A stretch of 64,000 bases of DNA from Verrucomicrobiaceae bacterium (GCA_051252135.1 JBPOGH010000001.1:416001-480000); one strand, 5' to 3'; shown: positions 49,148 to 59,728, counted from the first letter of the stretch. Made by a program: numbers and translations. The notes: a model not told the origin generated them from the sequence alone.

Positions 49148-50428
49148 ATGAAATCACAAACCCTCTTCTTGGGAACAGCTTGGATTCTATCCTGCGTTGC
49201 TGCCTTCTACGGGGGCCGAACCTCTCCCCGGGAAGATTTGTCCACGGATTCACTCGATCAAAAACCCACAATGGTCACTTCAACGAGAGATCGATACACC
49301 AACATCGACAAATTGAAGGGCAAACGCTCGGCAGGCGATCGCCTGACGAATGGACACGGCGGGAAGGAAAACGACCTCACTTCCCGCATCACCCAATTGA
49401 CCCAGTTGAATGACCCCATTGCCCGTATTCAAGGAATGCTCTCTTTGGTTGAAAATTTGAAGCCCGATGAATTTCAGGACCTTGTCGCATCCTTCAGAGG
49501 ACTCGATATGACCCGCGAGCGAATGAGCGAATATTCCATCCTTCTTACCGCTTGGGCAAAGATCGACCCCCTGGCCGCCCTCGATTACGCCAAGGAGAAT
49601 ACCGGAACCCCCTTCGCACGGCAGACCATTCTCGCCGCGTGGGCTCAAACACAACCCGAAGCCGCCATCAGTTGGGCCGAGCAAAATTACTCGGGAGATA
49701 GCAAGCGCGCCAACCCGTGGATCGTCGGGATTATCAACGGAATAGTATCTTCCGACCTAAACCGCGCCACCCAATTGCTCGAGGGACTCCCCTATTCCGA
49801 AGGTCGGGGTGAGGCTCTCGGCATCGTTCTCCGCGAACTGCGCCAGCAAGGAACCCTTGCCGCGCAAGATTGGATCGACGACTTAAATGACGACCAACTT
49901 CGCACCGGAGCAGCATCCCGCCTTGCCGAATCACTCGCCCAAGCCAATCCGGAAGCAGCCCTCACCTGGGTTGCATCGGTCAGCGAAGATTCCCTCCTGC
50001 GCTCATCCGGAACAATTGTTGAAGAATGGGCCCGCACAGATCCCGCCGCAGCCCGGACCTGGGTCGACTCCCAACCGAATGACACCAAAGCCGCCGCTGC
50101 TCGCGGACTTATGAGCGCAATCGCTGCCGATGATCCAAAAGGAGCCTCCCGGTGGCTTTCCCAATTTGAAGGCCAACCGGAGTTTGATCGGGCCGTGCAG
50201 TCCTTCGTCTACAACGTCGTCCAAAAAGAGCCGGAACTCGGAGCAGACTGGATCATGAAGTTGACCAATGAGCGCGAACAGGAGCGCACATTTCACCGAA
50301 TTCTGGGGACCATGTTACGGGACGATCCCCAGCGCATGATGAATTACATCCAGAACAATCCGGTCCCTGAAAGCATCGCCGGACGGGCCAAGCGCCAAAT
50401 GGAAGAAATGTCAGCACCACAACGTTAA
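49148..50428 (+). CDS. Membrane-anchored alpha-helical repeat protein, paralog B
   Basis: Colinear with paralog A (EYSILLTAWAKIDPLAALDY vs EFSFLLSSWMSQDPFSALDY; WIVGIING vs WIVGMVKG). Confidence 0.7.
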   Translation: MKSQTLFLGTAWILSCVAAFYGGRTSPREDLSTDSLDQKPTMVTSTRDRYTNIDKLKGKRSAGDRLTNGHGGKENDLTSRITQLTQLNDPIARIQGMLSLVENLKPDEFQDLVASFRGLDMTRERMSEYSILLTAWAKIDPLAALDYAKENTGTPFARQTILAAWAQTQPEAAISWAEQNYSGDSKRANPWIVGIINGIVSSDLNRATQLLEGLPYSEGRGEALGIVLRELRQQGTLAAQDWIDDLNDDQLRTGAASRLAESLAQANPEAALTWVASVSEDSLLRSSGTIVEEWARTDPAAARTWVDSQPNDTKAAAARGLMSAIAADDPKGASRWLSQFEGQPEFDRAVQSFVYNVVQKEPELGADWIMKLTNEREQERTFHRILGTMLRDDPQRMMNYIQNNPVPESIAGRAKRQMEEMSAPQR

Positions 50429-50434
50429 ATAATC

Positions 50435-51055
50435 ATGAAGAAACTCCTCCCCATTCTAACTCTGTCCCTCTTTGGTTTTGCCTCTTGCGACAACGCACCC
50501 GCCGAGGGAAAAATCAAACCTGATCAAGAACCTCCAATGACCGCTAAAACTGAAACCATCACCATTGGCACCGGCTGTTACTGGTGCACCGAAGCTATCT
50601 TCCAGCAACTCGATGGCGTTCACTCGGCCACCTCGGGATTTATGGGCGGTCACATCCCAAACCCCACCTACGAGGAAGTATGTTCCAAAACATCCGGGCA
50701 CGTGGAAGTGCTCCAACTCGTCTTCGATCCTTCCGTCATTTCCACCAAGACCATCTTAAAATGGTTCTGGAAGTCACATGACCCCACCGATGCAGGAGGT
50801 CAGGGAGCCGACCGTGGCCCCCAGTATGCCACCACTATTTTCTATCACAGCGACGAACAGAAAAAGCTTGCTGAAGAATCAATGAAAATTGCCCAGGAAG
50901 CATTTGATAAGCCCATCGCTACCAGAATCCGCAAAGCCGAAGACTTCTATCCGGCTCCCGACGACCATCAGGATTTTTACTTCAACAACAAGGCCCACGG
51001 ATATTGCCGGAACGTGATCAATCCAAAGCTCGATAAACTAAATCTGGAAAAGTAG
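50435..51055 (+). CDS. msrA: Peptide methionine sulfoxide reductase A, lipoprotein
   Basis: GCYWCTE, NPTYEEVC, HDPT, QGADRGPQY, FYPAPDDHQDF, lipobox FASC. Confidence 0.93.
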   Translation: MKKLLPILTLSLFGFASCDNAPAEGKIKPDQEPPMTAKTETITIGTGCYWCTEAIFQQLDGVHSATSGFMGGHIPNPTYEEVCSKTSGHVEVLQLVFDPSVISTKTILKWFWKSHDPTDAGGQGADRGPQYATTIFYHSDEQKKLAEESMKIAQEAFDKPIATRIRKAEDFYPAPDDHQDFYFNNKAHGYCRNVINPKLDKLNLEK

Positions 51056-51057
51056 GC

Positions 51058-51408
51058 CTATTCCCCTTCCGGGCGTGGAGCCGGAATCGCTTCGCAGGCG
51101 TCCCTCCAGTTCGGAAAATTCCAGCGGTTGGGAAACCCTTTGCATTGTTCGGGCTTCACATTCTGCAAGCGGCAATCAGCCCCATCCAGCATGATGCATT
51201 CGGTCGTTCCCTCTTTATCAATGATTGAAAGACCGACCCGGTTCTCCCTAAGCCGCGTGTAGTCACGGACAAATTCATAAAAAGGGATCTCCAGAAACTC
51301 GGCGATTTTCTCGGTCTCTTCCTCCGTGATAACCACATCACCCTCCCACTTGCAGCAGTTGGTACAACGCTGGCATTGATACCAGACTTCCTCCCTAGCC
51401 TCGGCCAT
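51058..51408 (-). CDS. YkgJ family CxxCxxCC cysteine-cluster protein
   Basis: CQRCTNCC...CIML...C...KPEQCKGFP. Confidence 0.85.
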   Translation of the reverse strand: MAEAREEVWYQCQRCTNCCKWEGDVVITEEETEKIAEFLEIPFYEFVRDYTRLRENRVGLSIIDKEGTTECIMLDGADCRLQNVKPEQCKGFPNRWNFPNWRDACEAIPAPRPEGE

Positions 51409-52234
51409 ACGTCGATGAACTCGATGAAATTTTGCGGTAGTAGGAATCGACCTTTTGCTGGAATGCCCGCCACTTGGCGCCCGGCCGCCCGTTATCTAAC
51501 AAAAAGTGCGGGCAATTTTTATTGGCCGGCGATTTGCCCTTCCGTGGCCATTTGTAATGCGGCACCACCCTCGACACCGGCAACTTATATTGGTGCATCA
51601 GCCATGCCGCTAACTTCGCAGTCCTCTCAAGGGTCTGCGCCCTGCTATTCCCGGGGTGTTCACACATCTCAATCCCAATACTGTATCGATTCCCCGGACC
51701 ATCATAGTCCGCGTGATTTCCTTGCTCACTCGTCGGCAAATGCTGGACCGCACGATCTTCATCAACCGTGTAATGCCAGGAAAGACGACCCAGAGCTCCT
51801 CGCTTGAGAGCCAATGCATGCCGGTTGGCATCTGCCCCCCGGCTCCAATTCTGTGTGCTGTGAATCGTAATGTATCGGGGGGCCATCGATTTCCGGCTCC
51901 GGCCTCGGGCGCCATAGGAAAGATAATCCCGTTTCACATTCACCTCCTTGTATAGGGTAGACGGGCTCTTGCTCGCCGCACTCCTCAATTGAGGCACACT
52001 ATTGGCCGAAGCCACTGCTGGGCCGGAATAGGTCGGCGCGGCATAGGGCATTGCGTAATTGCTACCCCAACGTTTCGCCTCCGTCCCCACATAAGAAGGA
52101 TTTCGAACCATCGTCACTCCATACGGCACGTAAGCATCATTGCTGCTTACCAATGGGGGATCCGGTGCGCATGCGACAATCAATGCCACCGCGCCAACGG
52201 CAATACAGGGCAGTAACAGGCATCTTCTCTTCAT
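51395..52234 (-). CDS. N-acetylmuramoyl-L-alanine amidase (Amidase_2), probable lipoprotein
   Basis: YITIHST, SWHYTVD, GNRYSIGIEMC, VVPHY, KNCP, lipobox IVAC. Confidence 0.88.
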   Translation of the reverse strand: MKRRCLLLPCIAVGAVALIVACAPDPPLVSSNDAYVPYGVTMVRNPSYVGTEAKRWGSNYAMPYAAPTYSGPAVASANSVPQLRSAASKSPSTLYKEVNVKRDYLSYGARGRSRKSMAPRYITIHSTQNWSRGADANRHALALKRGALGRLSWHYTVDEDRAVQHLPTSEQGNHADYDGPGNRYSIGIEMCEHPGNSRAQTLERTAKLAAWLMHQYKLPVSRVVPHYKWPRKGKSPANKNCPHFLLDNGRPGAKWRAFQQKVDSYYRKISSSSSTYGRG

Positions 52235-52304
52235 GAGAAATCGAGACTAGCACATCAACGGACATCCGCAAAGTCTCCAAACTGAAAACACCAAAGTTCC
52301 TAAA

Positions 52305-53132
52305 CTACTTTTCTGTTTGGTGCATGTGAACATCTCGCTGTGGATAAGGCATCGAAATCCCCTTCGCATCAAAAGCCTTCTTCACCCCCTCAATCATCGC
52401 AAAATGAACATCCCAGTAATTGGCGGTCTCAACCCACACCCGCACTGTGAAATTCACCGAGCTATCGGCCAATTCACCCACCTTGATCATCGGCTCCGGA
52501 TCGTGATTGATCATCGGTACACTGGAAATGACTCCTTTGATCACCTCCCGTGCGTGATCGATGTCATCCTCATAACTCACCCCAAAACTCAAATCGACCC
52601 GACGCGTAGGCATCGCCGAATAATTCGTCAGAGAATCATTGGACAGCTTCCCGTTGGGAATGTGGATAATCTTGTTGTCACCCGTGATCAGGATGGTCTG
52701 GAAAATTTCGATTTCACTCACTTTCCCAACGAATCCCTGGGCTTCGATCACGTCCCCAACCTTAAACGGACGGAGAATCAACAACACCACACCTCCGGCA
52801 AAATTCTGCAAGGTCCCGCTGAGCGCCATTCCGATGGCCAAACCCATCGCTGCCAGAATGGCCGCAAAAGATGTCGCCTCAATCCCTGCTGTCTGAATCG
52901 CCGACACCACAACTCCCACCCTAATCAAGGTGCTCACCAGGGAGGTCAAAAACGGCCGCAGGGTCGGATCGATCCCCCTGTTATCCAACGCCCTCCCCAA
53001 TAACTTTGCCGCCCAACTGCTCAATCTCCAACCCACATATAGGGTCACCAGAGCAAGACCTATTTGAATCCCCCATTTCGCAACTAGAGCTCCTATCCCA
53101 CTGGTCTCCGTCACTGCTGTGAACATCGTCAT
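52305..53132 (-). CDS. mscS: Small-conductance mechanosensitive channel
   Basis: GLAIGMALSGTLQNFAGG, RPFKVGD, IPNG, RRVDL, LADSSVNF, PYPQRDVH. Confidence 0.93.
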   Translation of the reverse strand: MTMFTAVTETSGIGALVAKWGIQIGLALVTLYVGWRLSSWAAKLLGRALDNRGIDPTLRPFLTSLVSTLIRVGVVVSAIQTAGIEATSFAAILAAMGLAIGMALSGTLQNFAGGVVLLILRPFKVGDVIEAQGFVGKVSEIEIFQTILITGDNKIIHIPNGKLSNDSLTNYSAMPTRRVDLSFGVSYEDDIDHAREVIKGVISSVPMINHDPEPMIKVGELADSSVNFTVRVWVETANYWDVHFAMIEGVKKAFDAKGISMPYPQRDVHMHQTEK

Positions 53133-53244
53133 ACTACTTTCCTAAGCCTTTTCGATGCCGTGTCAGTCAAAAAGAACCCAAACTCCTCGCCGGAATCAGT
53201 TCCTCGCCTTGCGCCATCTCCCGCCCATGCTATAGCCCTCATGC

Positions 53245-56200
53245 ATGAGCGCCGGTTCTCCGAAGGACCTCTGGCGTGGGTTGAGCCTGCCCACGTGGGC
53301 AGATCTACGTACCCGTCTTTCGAACAACCCAAAACGCCCGCTCATCCTTGGCACTGCCGATCCCTCCGCCCAAGGATACCTGATCGCCTCACTCCTCGGC
53401 AGTAAGCCCGAAGGGAGGGTTTGGATTCTTTGCCCTCATGCCCGCCGTCGGGACCAACTCGCCGACGAGCTCGCATTCTGGAAAACCCCTACCCTCATCC
53501 TCAGTGATCCCACGGTGGTCGTGGAAAATGAAATCGTCGACCCCGACCGAGAAGCCGAACGCTTCTCCACCTTCCACCGCATTGCCGCAAATCCATCGTC
53601 ACCCGTCATCCTCTCCCGCGCCTCCTGGCAAAGCCCCGCTCCAGCTATCGACGGACTCGCCAAAAAAGAACTCGAACTAAAAGTCGGGCAGGATTTCCCA
53701 CCCGAAAAACTCATTGAGTGGCTTAAAGAACGCGAATTCGAAGAACACCCGCAAATCTTCCAACGACTCCAATTTGCCCGCCGCGGCGGCATCCTCGATT
53801 TCTTCCCGCCCCAACAAACCAGTCCATTACGAATCGAGTTCTTCGGCGACGAAATCGAATCCATTCGCGAATTCAGTGTCGAAACACAAACCACCACCCG
53901 CCGTCTCGATGGCGTCGAGATTGGCACCAAGACCCCGGACCTTACCGCCCCACTCTCAGACTGGCTCAAACCGAAGGATCTCATTCTCTCGGTCGATGAA
54001 GATGACAACGCAGTCGCCCATGTCCTCATCTCCCAAGCGCCCGATGATAACTGGAATGCCAACCTCTTTCCTTCCCCTGCCGCCGGATTCGCCGCAGGTG
54101 ATTTCGTCATCGCTGACTCCAGTCGCACCCTCTTCCTCGCACAACTGGATGATTGGAAGCAAAGCGGGTGGACCATTGGACTCATCACCCCTACCAAAGC
54201 TGAACGCCACCGCTTCCTTGAAGTCATCGAACGGGACGAATCAGAATTTCTCTGCGTTGAAGGACGGCTCTCAAAAGGCTTCGTCGCCCCGGATCTTAAA
54301 ATAGCCCTTCTCTCGACACTCGAAATTTTCGGTCGCCATCACCTTCCGGGGGCACGCCAAAAAGAGAAACTTGCCCAGCAACGCAACACCGCTGCCCTCG
54401 CCGGAATTCACGAACTTGATGAAGGCACCCTCGTCGTTCATGCCGACTACGGCATCGGCGAATTCATCGGATTAATCGATGGCGAAGATGGCCGGGAAGA
54501 ACTCGGCATCGAATATCAGGACGGGGCAACTCTTCACGTCCCCATCGATCAAAGCCACCTTGTTGCCCGCTACGTTGGCATTGGAGGCGGCACCCCTCGC
54601 CTAAACAAACTCGGTGACAAAAAATGGAAAACCGCTCGCAAGACCGCTGAAGCCGCCGTTCTCGACTACGCTGCCCAACTGCTCCGCGTCCAGGCGGAGC
54701 GTGATGCAAAAACCGGGCTTGCCCACCCACCCGACGGCCAATGGATGCAGGAGTTCGAATCCGCGTTCCCTTACACCGAGACACCCGATCAGCTGAAAGC
54801 CATTGAGGCAGCAAAGGTCGACATGGAATCCACCCGCCCCATGGATCGACTGATCTGCGGAGATGTCGGATTCGGAAAAACCGAGGTCGCCATTCGTGCC
54901 GCCTTCAAAGCGGTCACTGGAGGGAGCCAGGTAGCCATCCTGGCCCCCACCACCGTCCTTGCCGAGCAGCACGCCCGCACCTTCCGTGAGCGCATGAGTG
55001 ATTACCCCGTCCGTATTGACCTCATGAGCCGCCTCCAGACTCCCGCTCAGATCCGGGACACTCTCGAGGGCCTAGCCTCTGGAAAAGTTGATATCGTCAT
55101 CGGAACCCACCGCCTTCTCTCGGAGCAAATCGTCTACAAAAACATCGGTCTCCTCGTCGTCGATGAAGAACAACGCTTCGGCGTCCGCCATAAGGAACTG
55201 CTAAAGCAGCGCTTTCGCCTCATCGACGTCCTCACCCTCTCCGCCACTCCCATTCCGCGCACCCTCTACCTTTCACTCATGGGCGCGCGCGACATGTCCA
55301 CCATCGACACTCCTCCCCCCAACCGCCTCCCCGTTCAAACATCCATCGTCGGATACGACGAACGCCTCATCCGCAATGCCATTCGCCGTGAGCTCACCCG
55401 TGGAGGTCAGGTCTTCTTTCTTCACAATCGCGTCCAATCCATCGAGGGCATGAAACAACGTATCGAGCACCTCGTCCCGGAAGCAAAGGTCGTCATCGGC
55501 CACGGCCAGATGGACAAAGAGGACCTCGAAAACGTCATGCACCAATTCGTCGAGGGAAATGCCGATGTCCTTCTTGCCACCACCATCATCGAGAGCGGCA
55601 TCGATATCCCGAACGCCAACACCATTCTCATCGACCGCGCTGACCGCTTTGGGCTCGCCGATCTCTACCAACTCCGCGGCCGCGTCGGGAGATCCGGGCG
55701 CCGCGCCTACGCCCTCCTCCTTCTCCCCGGCGAACTCATTGCCGCAGGCGCCGCCAAAAAACGGCTGAGTGCCATCAAGCAATACACCGAACTCGGTTCC
55801 GGCTTCAAGATCGCCATGCGGGACCTCGAAATCCGCGGCGCCGGAAGCCTCCTCGGCACCAAACAATCCGGCCACATCACCGCAGTCGGCTTCGAACTCT
55901 ACTGCCAGCTCCTTCACCAATCCATCGACCAACTCCAGGGCAAAACACCCACCCTTCGGGCAGATGCCGTCGTTAAGGTCGATTTCCTCGAGTATTCCGA
56001 ATCAGCCACCGTCAAAAGAGGTCAAAAACTTCGCGCCTACTTTCCCCGCACCTACGGACCCGACCCGGAAATGCGGGTCGCAGCCTACCGACAACTCGCC
56101 TCTACCCGGACTGAAAAGGAACTCGACCAACTCGCCAAAGACTGGCGGGACCGGTTCGGGCGCTTTCCTCCACCCGTCCAGGCCCTCCTCGAAACAAATC

Positions 56201-56379
56201 GCATTCGTGTTGTCGCTTCCTCCAAGGGAATACAAGCCGCCGAAGTCAGCGGAGACCGGCTCATGCTCATGCGCAACGGAGAATACATGCTTCCTGCCAA
56301 TGGCAAGTTTCCCCGCTTGAGTTCCTCCTCACTCGCCGCTAAGCTCAAGGAAGCTGTTCACCTGATCAAAACCCTCTAA
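53245..56379 (+). CDS. mfd: Transcription-repair coupling factor
   Basis: RRGGILDFF, RIEFFGDEIESIR, VVHADYGIG, MDRLICGDVGFGKTEVA, DEEQRFG, QLRGRVGR, DLEIRGAG. Confidence 0.96.
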   Translation: MSAGSPKDLWRGLSLPTWADLRTRLSNNPKRPLILGTADPSAQGYLIASLLGSKPEGRVWILCPHARRRDQLADELAFWKTPTLILSDPTVVVENEIVDPDREAERFSTFHRIAANPSSPVILSRASWQSPAPAIDGLAKKELELKVGQDFPPEKLIEWLKEREFEEHPQIFQRLQFARRGGILDFFPPQQTSPLRIEFFGDEIESIREFSVETQTTTRRLDGVEIGTKTPDLTAPLSDWLKPKDLILSVDEDDNAVAHVLISQAPDDNWNANLFPSPAAGFAAGDFVIADSSRTLFLAQLDDWKQSGWTIGLITPTKAERHRFLEVIERDESEFLCVEGRLSKGFVAPDLKIALLSTLEIFGRHHLPGARQKEKLAQQRNTAALAGIHELDEGTLVVHADYGIGEFIGLIDGEDGREELGIEYQDGATLHVPIDQSHLVARYVGIGGGTPRLNKLGDKKWKTARKTAEAAVLDYAAQLLRVQAERDAKTGLAHPPDGQWMQEFESAFPYTETPDQLKAIEAAKVDMESTRPMDRLICGDVGFGKTEVAIRAAFKAVTGGSQVAILAPTTVLAEQHARTFRERMSDYPVRIDLMSRLQTPAQIRDTLEGLASGKVDIVIGTHRLLSEQIVYKNIGLLVVDEEQRFGVRHKELLKQRFRLIDVLTLSATPIPRTLYLSLMGARDMSTIDTPPPNRLPVQTSIVGYDERLIRNAIRRELTRGGQVFFLHNRVQSIEGMKQRIEHLVPEAKVVIGHGQMDKEDLENVMHQFVEGNADVLLATTIIESGIDIPNANTILIDRADRFGLADLYQLRGRVGRSGRRAYALLLLPGELIAAGAAKKRLSAIKQYTELGSGFKIAMRDLEIRGAGSLLGTKQSGHITAVGFELYCQLLHQSIDQLQGKTPTLRADAVVKVDFLEYSESATVKRGQKLRAYFPRTYGPDPEMRVAAYRQLASTRTEKELDQLAKDWRDRFGRFPPPVQALLETNRIRVVASSKGIQAAEVSGDRLMLMRNGEYMLPANGKFPRLSSSSLAAKLKEAVHLIKTL

Positions 56380-56388
56380 CTACTCAAG

Positions 56389-57381
56389 ATGCGTCTTACA
56401 GCATTCATCCCTCTTATCAGCGCCGCTCTGGCAATTCTCTCCCCTAATGCCGGCGCAGCCGTCCGTGTGAACGGTATCGCAGCCAAAGCAAACGGGGAAA
56501 TCGTCACCATGAACGAGCTCATGATAAAGCTCGCACCCATGCAATCCGTCCTCATGGCACAATTCCCGCGCCGTGGACAACCCTACGAACAGGCGCTTGG
56601 CAAAGTCCGGGATCAGCTTCTCGATGAACTCATCGATCGCACCATCATCTACTCCCAATACAAGGACCGCATCAGCGCCATTCCGGACCACGTCGTTGAA
56701 GAAGAAATCGAGAGAATCATCCAAAACGTCTACACCGGTGATCGCGCCCTCTTCCGCAAGTATCTCGAGGCCACCAATCTCAGCTACCAGCAATTCAAGG
56801 AACAACAGCGCAAAGAGATTCTCGTCACCGTCATCAAAAGCCAGCAATTCGGCGATCCCCCGCCCGCCACAGATGCCGAACTCCGCAAGGAATACCGCGA
56901 ATGGGCAATAGTGAACCGGGATCGCACCAAAGATGTCGGAACCTACTACAAAATCTACATTCCCAAGCGGGACCGCGTAAACCCGCAGGCCACCGCCGAA
57001 GAGCAACTCAAGCTCGCCGAAGATCTGGCTGCCAAACTCAAGGCAGGCGCCGACTTCAGCGCCGTCGCCAAAGAGCACTCCCGTGATTCCAAAAGCGATA
57101 CAGGCGGCCTCTGGGAAAACGTCCCCCGCACCGATCTTAACCACGAATTCGGCTTCCTCGTCTTCGAAACCGAAGGCAACGAAATCATGGGCCCCTTCGA
57201 AGACCAGTTCGGATACACCATCGTCAAAGTCAAGGAGCGCAAGTTTGGCCCCGCCAAGGCCTACAGCTCCGTAAAAAAGGAAATGGAACAGCGCGTCAAC
57301 AACCAGAAAAAGAACGAAAAGTTCAAGACCTGGATGGCCAAGCTTCGCGCTCGCGTTCCTGTCGATAAAATGGTCAAATAG
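56389..57381 (+). CDS. SurA/PrsA-type parvulin peptidyl-prolyl isomerase chaperone
   Basis: Signal peptide, IAAKANGEIVT, LDELIDRTII, DFSAVAKEHSRD...GGLW. Confidence 0.8.
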   Translation: MRLTAFIPLISAALAILSPNAGAAVRVNGIAAKANGEIVTMNELMIKLAPMQSVLMAQFPRRGQPYEQALGKVRDQLLDELIDRTIIYSQYKDRISAIPDHVVEEEIERIIQNVYTGDRALFRKYLEATNLSYQQFKEQQRKEILVTVIKSQQFGDPPPATDAELRKEYREWAIVNRDRTKDVGTYYKIYIPKRDRVNPQATAEEQLKLAEDLAAKLKAGADFSAVAKEHSRDSKSDTGGLWENVPRTDLNHEFGFLVFETEGNEIMGPFEDQFGYTIVKVKERKFGPAKAYSSVKKEMEQRVNNQKKNEKFKTWMAKLRARVPVDKMVK

Positions 57382-57387
57382 GCGGCC

Positions 57388-57879
57388 ATGCAAACGGCTG
57401 TTTACGCGGGAAGCTTCGACCCGCCTACCAATGGACACCTCTGGATGATCCGCCAAGGACTCGAGCTCTTCGACCGGCTCGTCGTCGCCATCGGTAGCAA
57501 TCCCGGAAAGGCCTACACCTTCTCCATCGAAGAAAGAATGGACCTCCTTCACAGGTCGGTTCCCTCTTGCGAACGCCTCACCATCACCCATTTCGATAAC
57601 CGCTTCCTCGTAGACTACGCTCGCGATCTCGAAGCCCACTTCATCCTCCGGGGCATCCGCTCCCCCCAGGATTACGAATATGAACGGATGATGCGACACA
57701 TCAACGCCGACATGGCCCCCGAGATCAACACCATCTTCCTCATGCCTCCTCGCGAGATTGCAGAACTCTCATCCAGCATGATCAAAGGCTTGACCGGCCC
57801 CGACGGCTGGGAAAAAACAGTCCGTCGCTACGTTCCCCCCGCTGTTTTCGACGCTCTCGAAAAACAAGCCCAATCCTGA
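57388..57879 (+). CDS. coaD: Phosphopantetheine adenylyltransferase
   Basis: [38 protein letters not shown]. Confidence 0.95.
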   Translation: MQTAVYAGSFDPPTNGHLWMIRQGLELFDRLVVAIGSNPGKAYTFSIEERMDLLHRSVPSCERLTITHFDNRFLVDYARDLEAHFILRGIRSPQDYEYERMMRHINADMAPEINTIFLMPPREIAELSSSMIKGLTGPDGWEKTVRRYVPPAVFDALEKQAQS

Positions 57880-57883
57880 AAAG

Positions 57884-59722
57884 ATGACCACTCTAGCCAT
57901 CGCAGTGAGCGCCTTCGTGCTCTATCTCATTGCCTATCACACTTACGGTAAGTGGTTGGGCCAAAAACTCTTCCGTCTCGATCCCAACGCCAAGGTTCCT
58001 TCCATCGAACTCGAGGATGGCGTCGATTTCGTCCCCAGCGATAAAAAGGTCATCTTCGGTCATCACTTCACCTCCATCGCCGGCACCGGACCCATCGTCG
58101 GCCCCGCTCTCGCCGTCATCTGGGGGTGGGTCCCGGCCCTCATCTGGGTCCTTTTCGGCTCCATCCTCATTGGGGCGGTTCATGACTTTGGCGCCCTCGT
58201 CGTCTCACTCCGTAACAAAGGACAAACCGTCGGCGACATCGCCGGAAAGGTCATCACCAAGCGCACGCGCATCCTCTTTCTCAGCATCCTCTTCCTCGCG
58301 CTCACCATTGTGCTCGCCATCTTTGGACTCGTCATAGCCGCGGTCTTCAAGATGTATCCCCAGTCCATCTTCCCCTGCCTCGTCCAGATTCCTCTCGCCG
58401 TCGTCATCGGCCTCACTCTCCACCGAAAGGGCGTCAACATCCTCATCCCTTCTCTTCTTGCTCTCGCCGCCATGCTTCTTTCCGTTGCCTATGGTGATGT
58501 TGGTATCCTCGGAGCTTTTAATGCGGAGCTCGCAACCTGGTCGATCCTCGACTGGTGCATGATCCTTCTCGGCTACTGCTTCTTCGCCTCCGTCCTCCCC
58601 GTCTGGATCCTTCTCCAGCCCCGCGACTACATCAACAGCCTTCAACTCCTCTTTTCCCTCGGCCTCGTGGCCATCGGACTGGTCGTCGCCGCTTTTGCAG
58701 GAGGGGCCGCACCTTCCCCCGAGGCATCCCGCCCCGCCCTCGAGATTGTCGCCCCCGCCCTCAACCTTTCCCCGGAAGGAGCCCCCTCCATCTTCCCCTT
58801 CCTATTCATCACCATCGCCTGCGGTGCTATCTCAGGCTTCCACTGCCTCGTTTCCTCGGGTACCTCGTCCAAACAGCTGAAATGCGAAACCGACGCTCAG
58901 TTCATCGGCTACGGTGCCATGCTGACCGAGGGTTTCCTCGCCGTCCTCGTCATCCTCGCCTGCGTTGCCGGCCTCGGCCTCGGAGCACAATCACCCGACG
59001 GCACCCTTTTCGGCATCGAAGCCTTCGACTCCCGCTATTCCTCCTGGGCAAAAGCCGGAGGCCTTGGGGCCAAAATCGGTGCCTTCGTCGAAGGCAGCGC
59101 CAACTTCCTCAAAGCCATGGGGATTTCCGCCACCTTCGCCACCGCCCTCATGGGCGTCTTCGTTGCCTCATTCGCTGCCACCACCCTCGATACCGCCTGC
59201 CGTCTTCAGCGCTACGTCGTTCAGGAGCTCGCTGCCAGCCTCAGCAGCGGAAAAGCCGCCACCAAGTTCAACCCCATCAATTGGCTCACCAATCGCTACG
59301 CGGCCACCCTCTTCGCCATCATCATCGCCTACTTCATCGCCCGCCTGCCCGGAGCCGATGGCACCACCCTCGGAACAGGCGGCACCATTCTCTGGCCCCT
59401 CTTCGGCGCCATCAATCAACTCCTCGCCGGCCTCTCTTTCCTCGTCATCACATTCTGGCTGCGCCGCCGCGGACTCCCTCTGGCCTTCACCCTCATCCCC
59501 GGAATCGCCATGCTCGCCCTTCCCGCCATCGCCATGTCCATGAATCTTCGTCAATTTGCTGACTCCGGCAATTGGCTCCTCTTTGGACTCGGGTTTGTCA
59601 CCATCCTCCTCGAGCTTTGGATGATCATCGAAGCCATCGGCATCTGGAAAAAATCCAAAGGCGTCCTCGAAGACCCCGACCCCTCCGCTCCTTCCAATAC
59701 AGAGGGCGGCCGCTCCTGCTAG
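57884..59722 (+). CDS. cstA: Carbon starvation protein A family transporter
   Basis: FGHHFTSIAGTGPIVGP, GAVHDF, LLQPRDY, FITIACGAISGFH, WPLFGAINQLLA. Confidence 0.93.
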   Translation: MTTLAIAVSAFVLYLIAYHTYGKWLGQKLFRLDPNAKVPSIELEDGVDFVPSDKKVIFGHHFTSIAGTGPIVGPALAVIWGWVPALIWVLFGSILIGAVHDFGALVVSLRNKGQTVGDIAGKVITKRTRILFLSILFLALTIVLAIFGLVIAAVFKMYPQSIFPCLVQIPLAVVIGLTLHRKGVNILIPSLLALAAMLLSVAYGDVGILGAFNAELATWSILDWCMILLGYCFFASVLPVWILLQPRDYINSLQLLFSLGLVAIGLVVAAFAGGAAPSPEASRPALEIVAPALNLSPEGAPSIFPFLFITIACGAISGFHCLVSSGTSSKQLKCETDAQFIGYGAMLTEGFLAVLVILACVAGLGLGAQSPDGTLFGIEAFDSRYSSWAKAGGLGAKIGAFVEGSANFLKAMGISATFATALMGVFVASFAATTLDTACRLQRYVVQELAASLSSGKAATKFNPINWLTNRYAATLFAIIIAYFIARLPGADGTTLGTGGTILWPLFGAINQLLAGLSFLVITFWLRRRGLPLAFTLIPGIAMLALPAIAMSMNLRQFADSGNWLLFGLGFVTILLELWMIIEAIGIWKKSKGVLEDPDPSAPSNTEGGRSC

Positions 59723-59728
59723 ACTCCC

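Noticed and set aside
56380..59562. ORFs 56380..57699 (-) and 58555..59562 (+)
   Set aside because: Antisense or alternative-frame shadows of surA/coaD and cstA, favoured by the C-rich, stop-poor composition.
59714..59722. Possible selenocysteine read-through at the CstA C-terminus
   Set aside because: The stop codon is TAG, not TGA, and the next gene begins 6 nt later.
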